A stretch of DNA of 64,000 bases from Eledone cirrhosa (taxonomy: Eukaryota), in the NCBI GenBank assembly GCA_964016885.1, contig OZ024740.1, positions 68,324,001-68,388,000 on the forward strand, given 5' to 3'. The notes beneath the pieces were generated by a model. It did not search any database and was not told the DNA's origin. It saw only the letters and a list, made by a program, of their open reading frames with translations. Made by a program: the position numbers and the translations under genes. Of the stretch, positions 49,701 to 64,000 are shown piece by piece. Numbering within the stretch: position 1 is the stretch's first letter; each line of letters begins with the position of its first letter.

Positions 49701-50973
49701 TTGTTCTTAGCGATTAGGGTATTTTAGGATCTGTGGTGTTTCTAAATCTAGGTGGCTCATCTAGGTTGCTCTCCCTCATATTAGTGAATTTTGTTGTCAT
49801 TTATTTATTGTTAATTGTTTTCTTTTATTAATTAATTTTTTGCACGTTTTACGTAGATCGTCTCCGCCCCACCTATTGCCCTTTAGGTTCGGCCCTCGTT
49901 GCCAACACAGTTAAAAACATTTATTTTTATCTGATGTTATGTGGCGTTGTTATTTTTGTTTTCCTTCTCCTCCTTATCCGCCTTATCGTCGTCATTTTCT
50001 TCTTCTTCTTCTTCTTCTTCTTCTTCTGCGTCACCATCATCACCAACACTACCACCATCATCATAAATCATCATCATCATCATCATCCTTTATTTCAACG
50101 CTATAGTTATTACCATTGTTATAGTTCTTCCTTATTATTAATGTTATCTTTGCTTATCCTTGTTTTGTTGCAGTTGTCTTTACTGCAACTTTTAGTGTTG
50201 CTCTTGTAATTATTGTTTTTGTTATTTTTCTTCTCAAAGGAAATACAATTAATTGGAAAATGTCAGCTTATCAGACATTCGATATAAATATATTATTCTG
50301 TAAATGTCGTTAGAAAATATACTGCAAAGCAAAAACACAACACAACACATCATAACAGAGCAGTTTTTATTAGATTACAAATATGATTCCTGTTAGGAGT
50401 ATATTAAATAGCCATCGTATTCAAACTGCTATTTAACTGTTAATCAAAAGAGACAAGTTTATACTTTGTCGATGAAGATCAATGAACAGAAATGGTTGCA
50501 CAAACAACTCCCAGCGTTTACATACAATGTCAGCCATTGAAAACATACATCAAGCATGAATTCTTCAATGCAGTATATCGAGCTTTTGTTAAGTTTGTCA
50601 AACCGATCTTCCAAATTTACAATAGAAACTCAATGATTTATAAGGAAAAGCAAATCATTGCGGGGGAAATATTATAGTTATGATTATTTATCAATAAACG
50701 TTTCTAAAATATTCACCGAAAATGTCATTATCTTAAGTATATTATATCCATTATTTAATATTCTAAATTATTCCATAAAAGTTTGATGTTGGACACAAAG
50801 TACAAATAAGTCTTGATGCAACAAAAATGTAAAGTGCGAGTGATGAATTCAATTTATATTGAAAGTAGTCAAAATATATTAATATAGGCATTAGCATAAG
50901 GCTAGAGTCACACCATCTTCGTACATACAAGTGTGCTTTACCCTCCGCAAAATTGGGTATAAGTGACACCAAT

Positions 50974-51020
<47 letters not shown>

Positions 51021-51052
51021 TAGATATACATATATATATATACATATATATA

Positions 51053-51410
<358 letters not shown>

Positions 51411-51456
51411 ATATATATATATATATATATATACATATATATGTATATATATATAT

Positions 51457-51600
51457 GCGTGTGGCTGAGTGGTTAGAGAATCGGATTCGCAATCGTAAGG
51501 TTGTGAGTTCTATTCCTGGACCAGGCGATGCGTTATGTCCTTGAGCAAGACAATTTATTTCACGTTGCTCCTTCTACCTGGAGTTGCGACCGATACATAG
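51457..51600 (+). mobile_element. tRNA-derived SINE (second family)
   Basis: A box TGGCTGAGTGG, B box GAGTTCTATTCC, followed by the conserved SINE body motif TGTCCTTGAGCAAGACA. Confidence 0.75.
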
Positions 51601-52301
51601 TATTAGCAATTGGAAAGACCAACGGAAACATTATTCCCTCGGTCCGATTTGACGAAAGTCGATCGTTCCTTATATATATTATATGGTAAACATTGATGTA
51701 GTTATAGAAATTTACATATATATACACCCAAAGATATATTCATGAGTTTAGAAAGAATGACATAATTATACTTATTTATCTATTTAATTTTTTAATATAT
51801 ATTTTAAGAATATGGATGTTATAATATTTAGAGGAGAATTATAATGTATTGTATTAAATTACAAACTACTAATTCATTAAAGCAATTACAACAATATAAT
51901 ATGTGAATGAATATGCACCGTATTTACGAGTGCATTTATTTGTTTACATATATTTTAATACTATGAATGTAGTTATAAATATAATGTATTGTAGTTTATT
52001 GTAAGACATTATTATATATCGTTATTTAAAAAATAAATAAATAAATAATTATTTAGTACATTGATGATTATACGTTAATATAGATCTTATTTCAGAGTAT
52101 ATATACATAGATTTATAACTGAGCGTATGATAGATCAAGTAATAATACACATGTATTTTTTTATATATACTTTTAACGTTATCCTCATATACTTTTAACG
52201 TTATCATTGAGTGTTGAACCTTACAATTCACTATCTTCACTGGACTTATGCCACTAAGGTCCCATGAAGACACGTCACTATTTTAACACCAATTATTATA
52301 G

Positions 52302-52356
52302 TTTATCTGAGGAAAGCGTACTTAAATATTAGTACACTTGAAACACGTATAATAAA
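52302..52356 (+). ncRNA. Hammerhead-like motif with long stem II
   Basis: TTTAT-CTGAGGA-AAGCGTACT(TAAATATT)AGTACACTT-GAAA-CACGTA-TA-ATAAA. Confidence 0.65.
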
Positions 52357-52710
52357 ATAAATATGGTTTTATAAAGATATTTTCCATTTATTAATATTAT
52401 TAATATTAATGATAGTCCAGATAAATATTGTAGAATGCTTCTAATCTGTTGTAAAATTAACTTTGTTGAATAATCAACAAACCAAATGACTCATTGTTTA
52501 TATATATAGATATTGGTCGATACACTAAATATGGATCGTATTGGTGGTAAATGCACTGGCCGGCCGTATTTTTAAACGTTGCTCCTCATTGGTTACCTAA
52601 GTCAACTCAACTAAGTAACAGTTCGATCACAAAGAAGATACTAGGAGCAGGAATACAATTGTATTGTATTGTGAATATATGTATTCAATATATGTATATT
52701 GATATATATT

Positions 52711-52812
<102 letters not shown>

Positions 52813-53016
52813 GATATATATATATATATATAAAAGTTAAAACAATGAAACAAAAAATCAAGTCATTAGAGATATACCTCACTGCTTTACGATCGTTTCT
52901 AGGTGATGATAATACGTGGTGACTATACTTCGTTATCGATATATGTAAGGTTAGTTACAAACTATCAGATAAGGAGAATATTTACTTACACGCATATCAC
53001 CAGCTGTTGTAGAAAG

Positions 53017-53050
<34 letters not shown>

Positions 53051-53141
53051 TGTATATTGGGTCTTCAAGTATGAAATGTGTGGACATTTCTGGAAAAGAA
53101 GAAAATCCCTACAACTTCCATAGTTGACGACCAACTATATG

Positions 53142-53186
<45 letters not shown>

Positions 53187-53406
53187 GTCAACAAACCTGT
53201 TGGGTTCTGAGGCATTAATAGAATTTGAAACTTAAAATATGCGAGTCCCAGGAGTAATGGTTTTAATAATCAATGGTTGTAATAACCAATGTAAAATAAA
53301 TGTAAGTAGTAATTGAGAATATGGAATATAATAATTGTATGATACATAGAGTTTTTCATGATTTGTGGGCTAAGATCATCGCTTAGGGATCTACCACACT
53401 CACACA

Positions 53407-53491
<85 letters not shown>

Positions 53492-53810
53492 CCACACGCA
53501 CACACTCACATACACACACACAGAGAAATATGTTAATTGTATCTAGGAATTTGGAAAGGCACTAATATCAATGAACTGCATCAGAGAGCCAATTTCATTT
53601 CTCGGTTGGAATAACTCCACTTCTTGTGATAATGCACATTGGAATAGGATGAAAGCGATCGGATCCTAATTTCCCCAATATCTTTCAAATTCAGTCCCAT
53701 GCATAATGGTGTATTCATGCGTTGTTATACGAAGCATCATACATCCAGACAATTAAACATGTATACACATGCACCCACTCATAAACTCTTGTAAGTATAT
53801 ATACATATGT

Positions 53811-53901
<91 letters not shown>

Positions 53902-54056
53902 TACATACACTTATATATATGTGTGTGTGCGTGCCGGAGGTGATCTATAAATGGGTCATACACTCTACTCTAATGGTATACAAACAGACACACTTATAAT
54001 CATATGAGCATACGCATATCATAATAATGTGTAAATATATATATATATATATATAT

Positions 54057-54475
54057 TAGGATGGCCCTCAATTTTCAGCTTCCTAAAGGATTAGATCGCA
54101 CCCCCCTATTTTGTTCCAATTAACAAAAAACTATCCAAAATGTTAGCCCAACCGGTCATCTGCAAGGCGACCCACATCGAGGGGGAAATTTTGATGTTTT
54201 CGCCCGGAAAAATATGCCTTTCAGATAAAAATGTTTCGCCTTTCAGCTAAAAATGTTTCATCTCTTATATAATTTTCTCTTAACTTAAAAACTTGTTCAT
54301 ACTTATTCCTGGTATTAGAATTTAATAATGGGGGAAGACAACTTGCAAAGCTGGGGACAGAGCACTGGTATATAGGTAATTTTCCGAAAGTTAAAATTTT
54401 GGTGCTCCTTCAGCGAAAAATATGTTTGCAAAATTTTAACTTTCGGAAAATTACCTCGTGTTAAGGGCCACCCTA
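54057..54475. mobile_element. Non-autonomous hAT (hATm-like) element
   Basis: TIRs TAGGATGGCCCTCAA / TTAAGGGCCACCCTA; ATATATAT on both sides (compatible with an 8-bp TSD); internal inverted repeat 54374-54400 / 54430-54456. Confidence 0.7.
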
Positions 54476-54641
54476 ATATATATATATCCATATGTGGTGG
54501 ACGGCTGAGAGAAATGAGTACTCGGCAAATATGTTTACATATGATATATATATATATGTACTCTCCTTACTATCCTTGCTTTCATATTTCTCATTGCACC
54601 ACTTTTCTCATTGTATCTATATATAAACAAGTACATACATA

Positions 54642-55081
54642 CAAGGAGAAAGGGAGAACAGGGAGAAAAGGAGAGTAAGGAGAGCAATGAGAAAAGGAGA
54701 GCAATGAGAGCAAGGAGAGCAAGGAGAGCAAGGAGAGCAAGGAGAGCAAGGAGAAAAAAGAGCAAGGAGAGCAAGGACAGCAATACGAAAAAGAGAGCAA
54801 ATAAAGCAATGACAAAAGGAGAGCAAGGAGAGCAAGGAGTGCAATGAGAAAAAGAGAGGAAGAAGAGCAAGGAGAGCAAGGACAACAATAAGAAAAAGAG
54901 AGCGAATAGAGTAATGAGAAAAGTAGAGCAAGGAGCGCAAAGAGAGCAATGAGAGCAATAAGAAAAAGAGAGCAAATAGAGCATTGAGAAAAGGAGAGGA
55001 AAGAGAGCAATGCTACAGGAGAACAAGGAGAGCAATGAGAAAAGGAGAGCAAGGAGAGCAAGGAGAGCAAAGAGAGCAAGG
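54642..55081. repeat. (GGAGAGCAA)n 9-mer minisatellite with variants
   Basis: Directly visible tandem units. Confidence 0.9.
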
Positions 55082-55084
55082 AAA

Positions 55085-55951
55085 ACAGAAGGGCAAGGAG
55101 GGATTAAGGCAAATATTGCTCAAAATGCTGGAAGCAGACAAATGTGAAGAAGCGGAAGAAGAAAAACAATCAACTGAAGAGATACATTCAGCGCCAAAAT
55201 GACTTTTCTTCCTTTACAAACAGCGAGTTTTCGTTTTTTGTAACTCCTGGTACAAACACTTTCTTCACGAGATTTTCTATCAGCACCGATTCCTCGATAA
55301 AGACCCTTCAACATGGAAGGATGAGCCTCGTTACAAAAGTGGACTTTAAAAACTTGAGAAGACAGTTGTTGTGAATAATGTTGTAGAAGGAGGTGTCAAA
55401 CTCATTTAGGATTACAATAACATTCTCACAAAAGATGAAACTGAGAAACAATTTGTTTTACAGATTGTTACCTAAAACCGTAAAACATAACCAACTGCCA
55501 CTAAATCCTCTCATGCAAAAATAATGTCAATATTCAGTGTTCAGTGTTCATATGTTTTTGCTTCAATAAAAATTATTCTTGTAAATAAAAATGTGTTTCT
55601 CTCATAGAGACAAAACCTAATATTTCTTAAGTTTTTCATGTTATTTCAGGAATGTTTCAACATAACTATTGGTACATTTGTTTCAGAACCTGTTTAAACA
55701 CTGGCTAGAGTTGCCTGGATATGTCCACATAAATTTCTCTAAGAAGAAAAAAGAAAATGGTCGAGATAGGGAACAGTATACCGCTTTTGAACAGAATTAA
55801 TCGGTATCTATAATATGTTCCAAATTCAAGGTATTTGAGGGTCGCCTAACAGTTGTCCTATTGACCTGAAATGTGTCCACAGCCCATGAAACAGGCGTAG
55901 GGTGCAAAAGTTGAACTTTCGTAAAATTACCTATTGCTAAGGCCCACCCTA
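55085..55951 (+). mobile_element. 3' part of a hATm-like transposon: transposase C-terminus remnant plus right TIR
   Basis: FFTRFSISTD..DPSTWKDEPRY...VVNNVVEGGVKLI*DYNNILTKDETEKQFVLQIV resembles the hATm VVNDxAERGVKL motif; ends CTAAGGCCCACCCTA|ATATATAT. Confidence 0.75.
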
Positions 55952-55984
55952 ATATATATATGAATGTATGTATTAATATATATA

Positions 55985-56650
55985 TAATTAATTAATTATG
56001 GGTAAAGTATAGTAATTAAGACAAAAGCAGTTTACCTCGTAATACCTCTTGTATCCTAATGCAGTTTCGTCCTAAATAACCAAACAAATAAACAAATAAT
56101 TTAGCATATAGGCCGGGAGAATAAGATTCACCAGAGAACCTTCTCGTACCAGGAGAATTTCGAGTAACTAATTGTGATTTACATTTTTCAAAAGTGACAA
56201 CCGTCACGTGGTATATAGTTCACAAGGAGGGAAGTAATACATGGACTCTTGGCAAGCAAAGAGGGGCGCTTGAAATAGCAGTTCCTTTTAGATTTCTCCA
56301 CGCAACCGTTTTCGTAGTACACACAAATAATAAGAGATACATAAGTATATATATTTACATATAAAAGTGTCCATCAATTACAGGTTTCCTCAATGAATGA
56401 GCTAAGTAAATCGTTAATTAATCGGCGTTAATTAGTTAATTAATTTCATAATTAATAATGCGTAAGGTAAAGTAATTCACACGTATAAAGTTTACCTCAA
56501 AATCCTTTTTTGTTCCTACTGCACTTTCGTCCTATAAGAACAACGTAATATTCTAATAATTTAGCAGCATATTGGCCAGGAGAATAAGACTCCCTAGGGA
56601 ACCTTTCCGATGAATTTTACAAAAGGCTCAACCATCACGTAGTATGCTTG
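55985..56650 (-). repeat. Diverged direct duplication (period 460 bp), each unit with a 36-nt exon-like cassette (56036-56071, 56496-56531)
   Basis: Both units: T-rich TAG| 36 nt |GTAAAC; phase-0 translations DETALGYKRYYE and DESAVGTKKDFE. Confidence 0.5.
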
Positions 56651-57869
56651 TCAACAGTCCATCTTTTACTCCCCTTCTTGTGCACTATATATAGCATTTG
56701 GTGATACATACAATATATATTTGTGTGTGTATATATGTGTGTGTGTGTATGCGTGTATATGTATGTGTGTATGTGTGCGTGCGTGTGTGAGCGCGTTTGT
56801 ATATATATATATGTATATATATTCATGTATATTATTCAAATTTTACTTGATTCCTCATTACCGGTATTTTCATGGGGTAAACACATATTTCTGTCGAGAT
56901 GCATTTAAGAATAAGCGAGAAAAGAAATTCAGAATAGAGTTTAGAAGCATGCTGTTACCATATGTTCTGATCATGTGGTAACATTGATAATTCATCGACT
57001 TAAAATATGTGAGGAATTGCAGCAATTTTGGCGTCTTGGTAGCGTAATTAATTTCGATCGAATAGAAGGATATTGGTCCCAATTTCCTAGGCTCTCTGCT
57101 GGCGCCATTTAGTCTAACAACGTTTCTGTTCTCTGTATCTTGTCTCGCTGGCGAGTTGTATGTAGGTTTTTATTTTTCATGGTGTCTTTTGGGCTTATGA
57201 GTTGTATATCCATCTGACATACGTGAGTTGGTTGGAATTGATGTGATATTTGAGGACTGTTACGGCCAGTGACATGTAACCATTCAAGAGGGCACTTTTC
57301 TGGTGGCAGCATATGCAAATTTGCGCAGAGGCAGAGTTGACGGTTGGGGCCCTCGACCTGATATGTGAATGTTTTTTTTTTCAGAATGCTCCGATTAAAG
57401 CTGTGGATCTGTGGCTTTGGTCATAGAAACTCCATATTAAACACGTCAGGGAAATGAAGTTCTCCCTGTTACTAATTGGCGTTTAGGCCCGTACATTTAC
57501 CCTGGAATCTTCGGGGTGGTGTGAAAGTGGCTCTATACTTCACGACATGTGAGAGGATTGTTCAAACCACAAAAGATTTGGTCAAATCGCGTGTCTCTGT
57601 GTGTGTGTTTGTGTGTGCGTGTATTTATGTGTTTGTGTTTGTGTGTGTTGATGACTAAACATACACGTGCTTTCCTCCCATATGGTTTTACGTTACTTCC
57701 TCGCCTTATCTTCGTTTACCTTTCTATATAATCTTATACCCCTTATTTTGTGTTTAATTGAATTACTAATGTCCGGAACATTACCACTTTTTTTTTTATT
57801 AGATTAATCGTTAACGTATGCCATCATTGTACCGTCTCTTTCCTTCTGTTGTTTTTCCTAGTTGACTTT

Positions 57870-60800
57870 CCGCATGCCTACATACATGCTGGTGATGACT
57901 TCGAGTGGAAGACATCTAAAAGTTGCGCTCGTTCCAACCCCGCATCCTGTATGCATCCTAGAGATTAATGGGATCGATCCGTGATCAACAGGTCTGCCGA
58001 GAGCGGCCCCAGGGAAATGTCTGTATTGTGCATGAGTCCACGTTGACACCTCCGTTCTACCAGGGTCTGCTCCAGGCTAACACGACGGTTTGTCTCAAAT
58101 ACACTAGAAACGTTCTGGGTGGTGCAGGCCAAGCATTGGAATTAGCAGCTTGGGTGATCAAGTGTTGGGGGTCGTTGTTACACAACAATTTCCGGATCTT
58201 CTTTTGCACGTCTTTGTACCAATTCTTAAGTATTCTGCAGTTTCGACAGCCAGAAGCCAATTCTTTGAAGATTACGATCTTTGACATTAAAAGTTTGTCA
58301 TGCAGCCAGCAAGTGATGAAACCCAAAGTTTCTAATATCAGAAATGGGTACCCTTCCGTAACACCCGTAGTATGCTTAAGTGTAGATTCTCAGAAAATGA
58401 AAACAAGTGGTGGACAAGTCTTGTTGAGAAAATTCAGCCATATTCATACATACATACATATATACATACATACAAGCATACATACATACCAAAGCGCAAC
58501 TACAACCGTTGTATACAGTGGAGCTACGAGCTTAACAAAGTATTATATGAAGCATACAAACAATCTGAACCCCAAAAGTTCGGTTTTATGCAAAGGCTAA
58601 CAACTTAATGGAACTCCAAACACCCAGAATTAGACGTTTCTCCAAAGCATTTAAATGAACAGGCAAAACGTATCATTAGATGTAAATTGATACATCTAAC
58701 GGAATTGAGTGATACTACAAATACATCCCTTGTAGACAACCACCCCACCTCCACTGACAGACAAAGAGAATGGCCAGCTAAATCTAACAGTGAACAGCTC
58801 ACCAACAATTTTGCTGAAATCCATCCCACTTCCACTGAAGAACAGCGAGAAAGGTCAGCTAACTCTAGTAGTAATTGTCACCAAATCAACAACGAGGATG
58901 AAATTCATGACTCTACTGAACAAACAGAGCACCAAAAACTTGTGGACACCCTACAAGTGACATGGAACGATATGTTTCAAGAGATACACAGCCTTAATGT
59001 GAGTGACAGACCATACTACACCAGAATCAGTAAAGAACCCACTAAATTGGAATTGGCCAAAATAGCCAAACCACCCTTGCTAAAAATTACCACCCAATAG
59101 CCTGCCAAAACATCATGTATAAATTATATAATGGGTGCCTTAACCTCTTCTTACAGGATCACTGTGCTACCAACAACGTCATAACACCTGAGCAAGCTGG
59201 TGGAAAGAGGGAGGTGTGGGGTTCCATAGATCACCTACTAACCAACAAAATGATTCAGGAGAAAACAACAAAGAATCGCAGAAACATGACTGGTGTGGCT
59301 GAACTATCAAAAAGCATTTGATAGTGTACCTCATGGGTGGATTATTAAGGCTTTACAGTTAGCTAAAATCCCACAACCATTGGTAGCTGCTGTTGAACGC
59401 CTGACCAAGAACTGGTACACCAATTTGATCCTTAGAGGTGAGAAGGAGCAAGTTAAGACTGATAAGATACATTACCAGAAGGGCATCTTTCAGGGTGATA
59501 GCTTGTCAGTGCTACTCTTCGTTCTCTCACTGAATTCACTATCTTACCTACCCAGGAAACAAGGTGGACAAAGAAGTGGGCCCAGAAGTATCTCCCATCT
59601 TTTCTTTGTTGATGACCTGAAGTTGTATGGGCCAAATATCAATGACATCAAGAAACAATTGGACCTCATTACACAATTTTCAACCGACATCAAAATGAAA
59701 TTTGGTGAGTCCAAGTGTGCATATTTGGCAATAAAACGTGGAAGAGCTGTGCCCTCCTCTAGAAATCTAGGAATGAACGGCCTGACAATACAACCTCTGC
59801 AGTCAGGTGACAACTACAGATATCTTGGACAGGATGAGAATGTCAGATATGATGCACCCATAAATAAGGAGAGAACCAGAACTGAATACCCCAGAAGAGT
59901 AAAAAAATATGGTCATCAGAACTGTCAGCATACAACAAATACATTGCCCACAATACTTATGCTGTGCCAATTCTAACGCCAACATTTGGCCTGCTGAACT
60001 GGTCATTGCAAGAACTAAGTGAGATGGATGTTAGAACTCGAAAACTTCTCAGTGTTACTGGGAACTTTAACATCAATGGTGATGTGGATAGGCTATACTT
60101 CTCACGCAAGGAAGGTGGCCGGGGTCTAAAATCAATATTAACAACATATGAGACCCGGATAGTAACACTGAAGCAACACCTTCAACAGAGGAAAAAGGTT
60201 GGCAACCATCTTGCCCAGGTTTATGAGCATGAAAAAAAAAATATCATTAGAATAGCGACTGATCTGGAGGAGAGATATGGAATAAAACCTGATATAAATC
60301 TCTCACTCAGAGAAATATGAAGATCCTATTCAATGTTCAAACACGATAAAAAAATTGACCAATTTACAGAAAATGTCGTGCATGGATACTTGAGGCGTAA
60401 AACACAGACCATAGAGGGGATAAACCCTCAAAAAGCCTGGCATGGAGTTCCGACAAGTTTATGACATCACACCTTGAGGGATATCTCTATGCAATGCAGG
60501 AACAAGAACTCCCTACCAAATATCTGCTGCACAAAAGGGGAGGGCCAGCAGCTGACAATAAATGTAGGCTATGTAAAACAAAGATCGAGGATGTAAGCCA
60601 TATTGTTGCCAGCTGCGAAAGAATGTCATCTGGCTACTACCTCCCCATGAGACACGATGGGATAGCTAGAACCATCTGGAACGCACTTCGGAAAACAAAA
60701 TTAACAACAAACGAGGAAGAATATATTGAGACAGATGGCACTAAGGAATACTGGTGGAACCTGAAAATAAAAACTGCCACCAAATTAAAGCACAACCGGC

Positions 60801-61190
60801 CTGATATTGTTGTGTGGGACCACACATTGAAAACGTGTTCTGTTGTGGAGATCAGCTGCCCACTTGATGTAAACGTTGTCAGAAAAATGCAGGAGAAGGA
60901 GGACATCTACGGACCGTTGATGAGGAGTTTACAAATCCAGTATCCAAGATACACCTTTAGCTTCACACCCATCATTATTGGAGCTACGGGTTATATACCA
61001 ACTCGCTTGGACCAAAGTATGGCTGAACTTGGATTTGCGGACAAAAAGCGCAGCTCCCTAATTCATAGTCTAAAAATGGCTGCGATAGCTGGCACCTTCA
61101 AAATTTGCAAAACATTCTTGCAATTCAAGGGATGACAATTTCTTTTCTTTTACAACCTTGCCACCAGGAAGGTGGCCGGTCAAAAAAATA
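57870..61190 (+). mobile_element. Third R4-clade RLE non-LTR element, internally deleted and decayed
   Basis: WSYELNKVLYEAY...GFMQRL N-terminal motif; KAFDSVPH, GIFQGDSLS, FVDDLKLY, GGRGL, CRLC...HIVASC, RHD, NRPDIVV...VEISCP; 5' boundary approximate. Confidence 0.85.
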
Positions 61191-61399
61191 TATATACTCG
61201 AAATTAAGAGAAAGAGATAACATGCATACATAGCCATGTATATGCGAAGTCTCAACAATGGAAATTTACACAGGAGAACAATATATTATTTTGACGCTTG
61301 ATAAAATAGGCAAATATCTTTTCCGTTATTACTCTCTTCTTCTTAGCGGAGTTCGAGTTCAACATTGAATAGTTTCGAATTAGCATCATTTATCAGAAC

Positions 61400-61930
61400 A
61401 CAAATATTCGGGCACCTAGAAGCTGGCAAGCGATCCCATATTCCATGAAAATCTTCCACCGTAGGTCCGGAGAAATGCCGTCATATGTCTTTTCCAGGTC
61501 TACAAAGCAAGAATACACCCTTGGCAGTACGGACAAAATGTTTTGACGACCTGCGAATATTTGATCAATTGATCAATTCTGCTGCGTCCGGAGCGAACCC
61601 GTATTATTCATCAGTTAGCTTAGACTCGACAACTCCCCATTCTCTTTGCTAGACACTTAGCATTTACTTTACCGAAGAGGTTTAACAAGAAGTTCCCACT
61701 ATAATTGAAGCAATCTCACTTTTCACCCTTTTTGAAAATTGAGATTATCACTTTTGAATGCCATTGCGTAGGTGCCTTTCAAGAAATCTAGTTCACCCGG
61801 CATATACGAACCAGCTAGAGAATACCTTTATTTAAGGCTTTTAATATCTCTGACCTAATTCCATTCCCCAAGCAGCCGTGCCACATTTGAGCTCCATAAT
61901 TGCTCTTGTGACCTCAGCATCCAAGAGATT
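61400..61930 (-). pseudogene. RTE-clade RT fragment
   Basis: Minus strand yields FKKGEK*DCFNYSG, E*YGF.SGRSRIDQ, VYSCFVDLEKTYD. Confidence 0.7.
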
Positions 61931-63550
61931 ATTCATCACTCCGAGATGCATTTCATGCACATAAGAATTGTTGTGATCGGGTTTAGAAGATGAGCAAAGT
62001 ATTCTATCCATCTCGCAAGGATGCACATCTCTGAAAAGACGAGAACCCCAGGCGCATTCATGATAGTAAATGTTGAGGAGGACTTTTTTTATTACGAAAT
62101 TGCCGACTGGTCTTCCAGAACACTTTTTTCTGCATCGGAATTTAGAAAGGGAGACCGGATAAGCAATAGAAAGATAGTGAGCGTAAGAATCCCCTTGTTG
62201 TTTATACGTTTTTATGTGAATAACATAGGGCGTGCATTATTTTATTTTGGCTTCGTATCTTATGGCTACTGTTTCACCGTTGTTGCGGATGGATAGAGTA
62301 GACGCTTGGAAAGAAAGCTTAGTTGCCGATTCATAATTTAGGTGATAGGCGACTGTACGCAGGAAATAGTTGTCAGGCCGCTGTTCTTCATTGGACGGAA
62401 TTGCATCGGAGGTATTTCGGATGCGATAATATTGCAATAACTTTGATTCAGCTTTTTCAATCGTATGTTTCAGATTAGAACCTGTCAGTTAGATACTATT
62501 CCCTATTGTTTGGATTGTAATAGTTTTCTGATTCCAGTTATCACCGATTTATTTTTTTGCGTTTTCTCTTTGTTTTAATAAGTTTTTGGTTTGGAATAAT
62601 ATTTATGGTTATATCACAGACTTTTCTGCTGGTTGCTAAGGTGATAAGTGATTTGTATTGCTTCCTGTGAATTATTATTCACTTTTAATGGGTATTTTAT
62701 ATCTTCATTTATTTGTTAAGCCTGTGGCTTCACTCCGTTAGTTTGCTCCGGTTTGTCGGTTCGTTAAGTAAGGTAGTGTTTGGACTAGGCTAATGGGTGG
62801 TAATAGGGTTTTCCTTTCGCTAAGCCGGAGCCTTTGTATTAGGTTAATCGGTGATTCCAGGGTTTAGATTTGGGCGCTTTAGGTTATAATTATAGAGCTT
62901 ATGGTTTATTTCGGTGGATGTCTATGCCGGATAGGATTCTTTTTATATATATGGTCGGAGAATATTTTTGATGGTTGTGGTAATTATGTATGCATGCATG
63001 GGCAATGAAGCTATGAGGTCGTACTCAGTGTAGATTATAGTGACTATGTAATACAAGGCTGCAGGCTGATGATGTTCATCATTTCCATACCAGTAATTAT
63101 TGCAATGCGGTTGTCGTTTTTCGAAAAAGTCGTGACATAGTTTAGAAGGTTGTTTTACCTTTCCCTGTGTGGAATGGGTTTGGTGAGTTAGATCGTATGT
63201 GGGTTTATTGAATACATTTGTCCGGGGATAGCTTTGGTTTGTACGCTGTCGTTACATTCAGGTTTAGGTAGGGTCAATAATAGAGCTACACAGATACATT
63301 CACAAGCAAACAACCCGCACACATCCATCCATCCCCCATCCATTCATCCATCCATTCATACATTCATAGATACATACAAACATGTTTAGATGTATGAAAA
63401 TATATCAACAACAACCTTTATATGAAATAGTATATTGATCTAAATATGAAAGCTAGCGCGCAAAACTTCCTCCTAAACATAGGTCTTCCCACGTTACACG
63501 CACACACACACACATACACGCACTCGCACACACACGCACACACACACACG

Positions 63551-63655
<105 letters not shown>

Positions 63656-64000
63656 ATACATCTGTGTGTCTGTGTGAGTATAATACATACATAGTTTATA
63701 CATTGATGCAGATATATAGATTTCATTACACACACAAACACAAGCAGGCACACACATACACACACACACACACAAATACATACACACACAACTATATATA
63801 TACGTGTGTGTGTGTGTCTGTATGTGTGTGTGTGTGTGTGTACGTGTGTGTGTATTATATATATAATGTATATAAGTATATGCAATATGTTATTGTGACT
63901 TTACTGTTGCCGACAAGGCAAGCAACAGATTACAGAAAATGGAAGTTAGTGTGTTTAATGTTTTTCGCTTCATTTATCCGTTTGATGCCCTTTAATCAAC

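Noticed and set aside
51457-51530. Functional tRNA gene
   Set aside because: A and B boxes are present but there is no convincing cloverleaf, and it runs into a SINE body motif.
54642-55081. Collagen-like (GEQ)n coding region
   Set aside because: The frame is repeatedly broken by stops and indels and there are no splice signals; it is a minisatellite.
57109-57357. Possible minus-strand exon
   Set aside because: Two frames are open with no recognisable product and no supporting neighbour; insufficient evidence.
58030-58090. HDV-like ribozyme in the 5' region of the R4-like element (GGCTAACACG)
   Set aside because: The P4 and J4/2-like part is present, but P1, P2 and P3 pairings are not convincing.
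62030-63290. Strand-biased non-repetitive stretch, possible old retroelement
   Set aside because: No diagnostic motif or sustained reading frame found; left uncalled.

Overview
AT-rich eukaryotic genomic DNA full of (TA)n, (CA)n, (TC)n and (TTA)n microsatellites and transposons. The SINE type and repeat mix suggest a mollusc, probably a cephalopod (inference only). No complete host gene is recognisable, only a few candidate short exons on the minus strand. Three kinds of region are present. (1) At 1-15 kb and 47-53 kb, Penelope-like element termini sit in (TA)n, often as fold-back palindromes, with about 14 hammerhead-ribozyme-like motifs; one has an intact U3-A8 core variant present on both strands. 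(2) At 15-50 kb there is a pile-up of non-LTR retrotransposons. Three Tx1/L1-like LINEs (+) and four R4/Dong-like elements (-) all sit in (TTA)n tracts in opposite orientations, and a divergent Tx1-like copy sits in (TCTA/TC)n. The Tx1-like copies have swapped 5'UTR/ORF1 modules and carry a conserved splice-donor/acceptor pair that would fuse ORF1 in frame to ORF2. (3) At 54-64 kb there are hATm-like DNA transposon remnants, a duplicated 36-nt exon-like cassette, another R4-like element and an RTE fragment. Most short ORFs in the supplied track are microsatellite or antisense artefacts.
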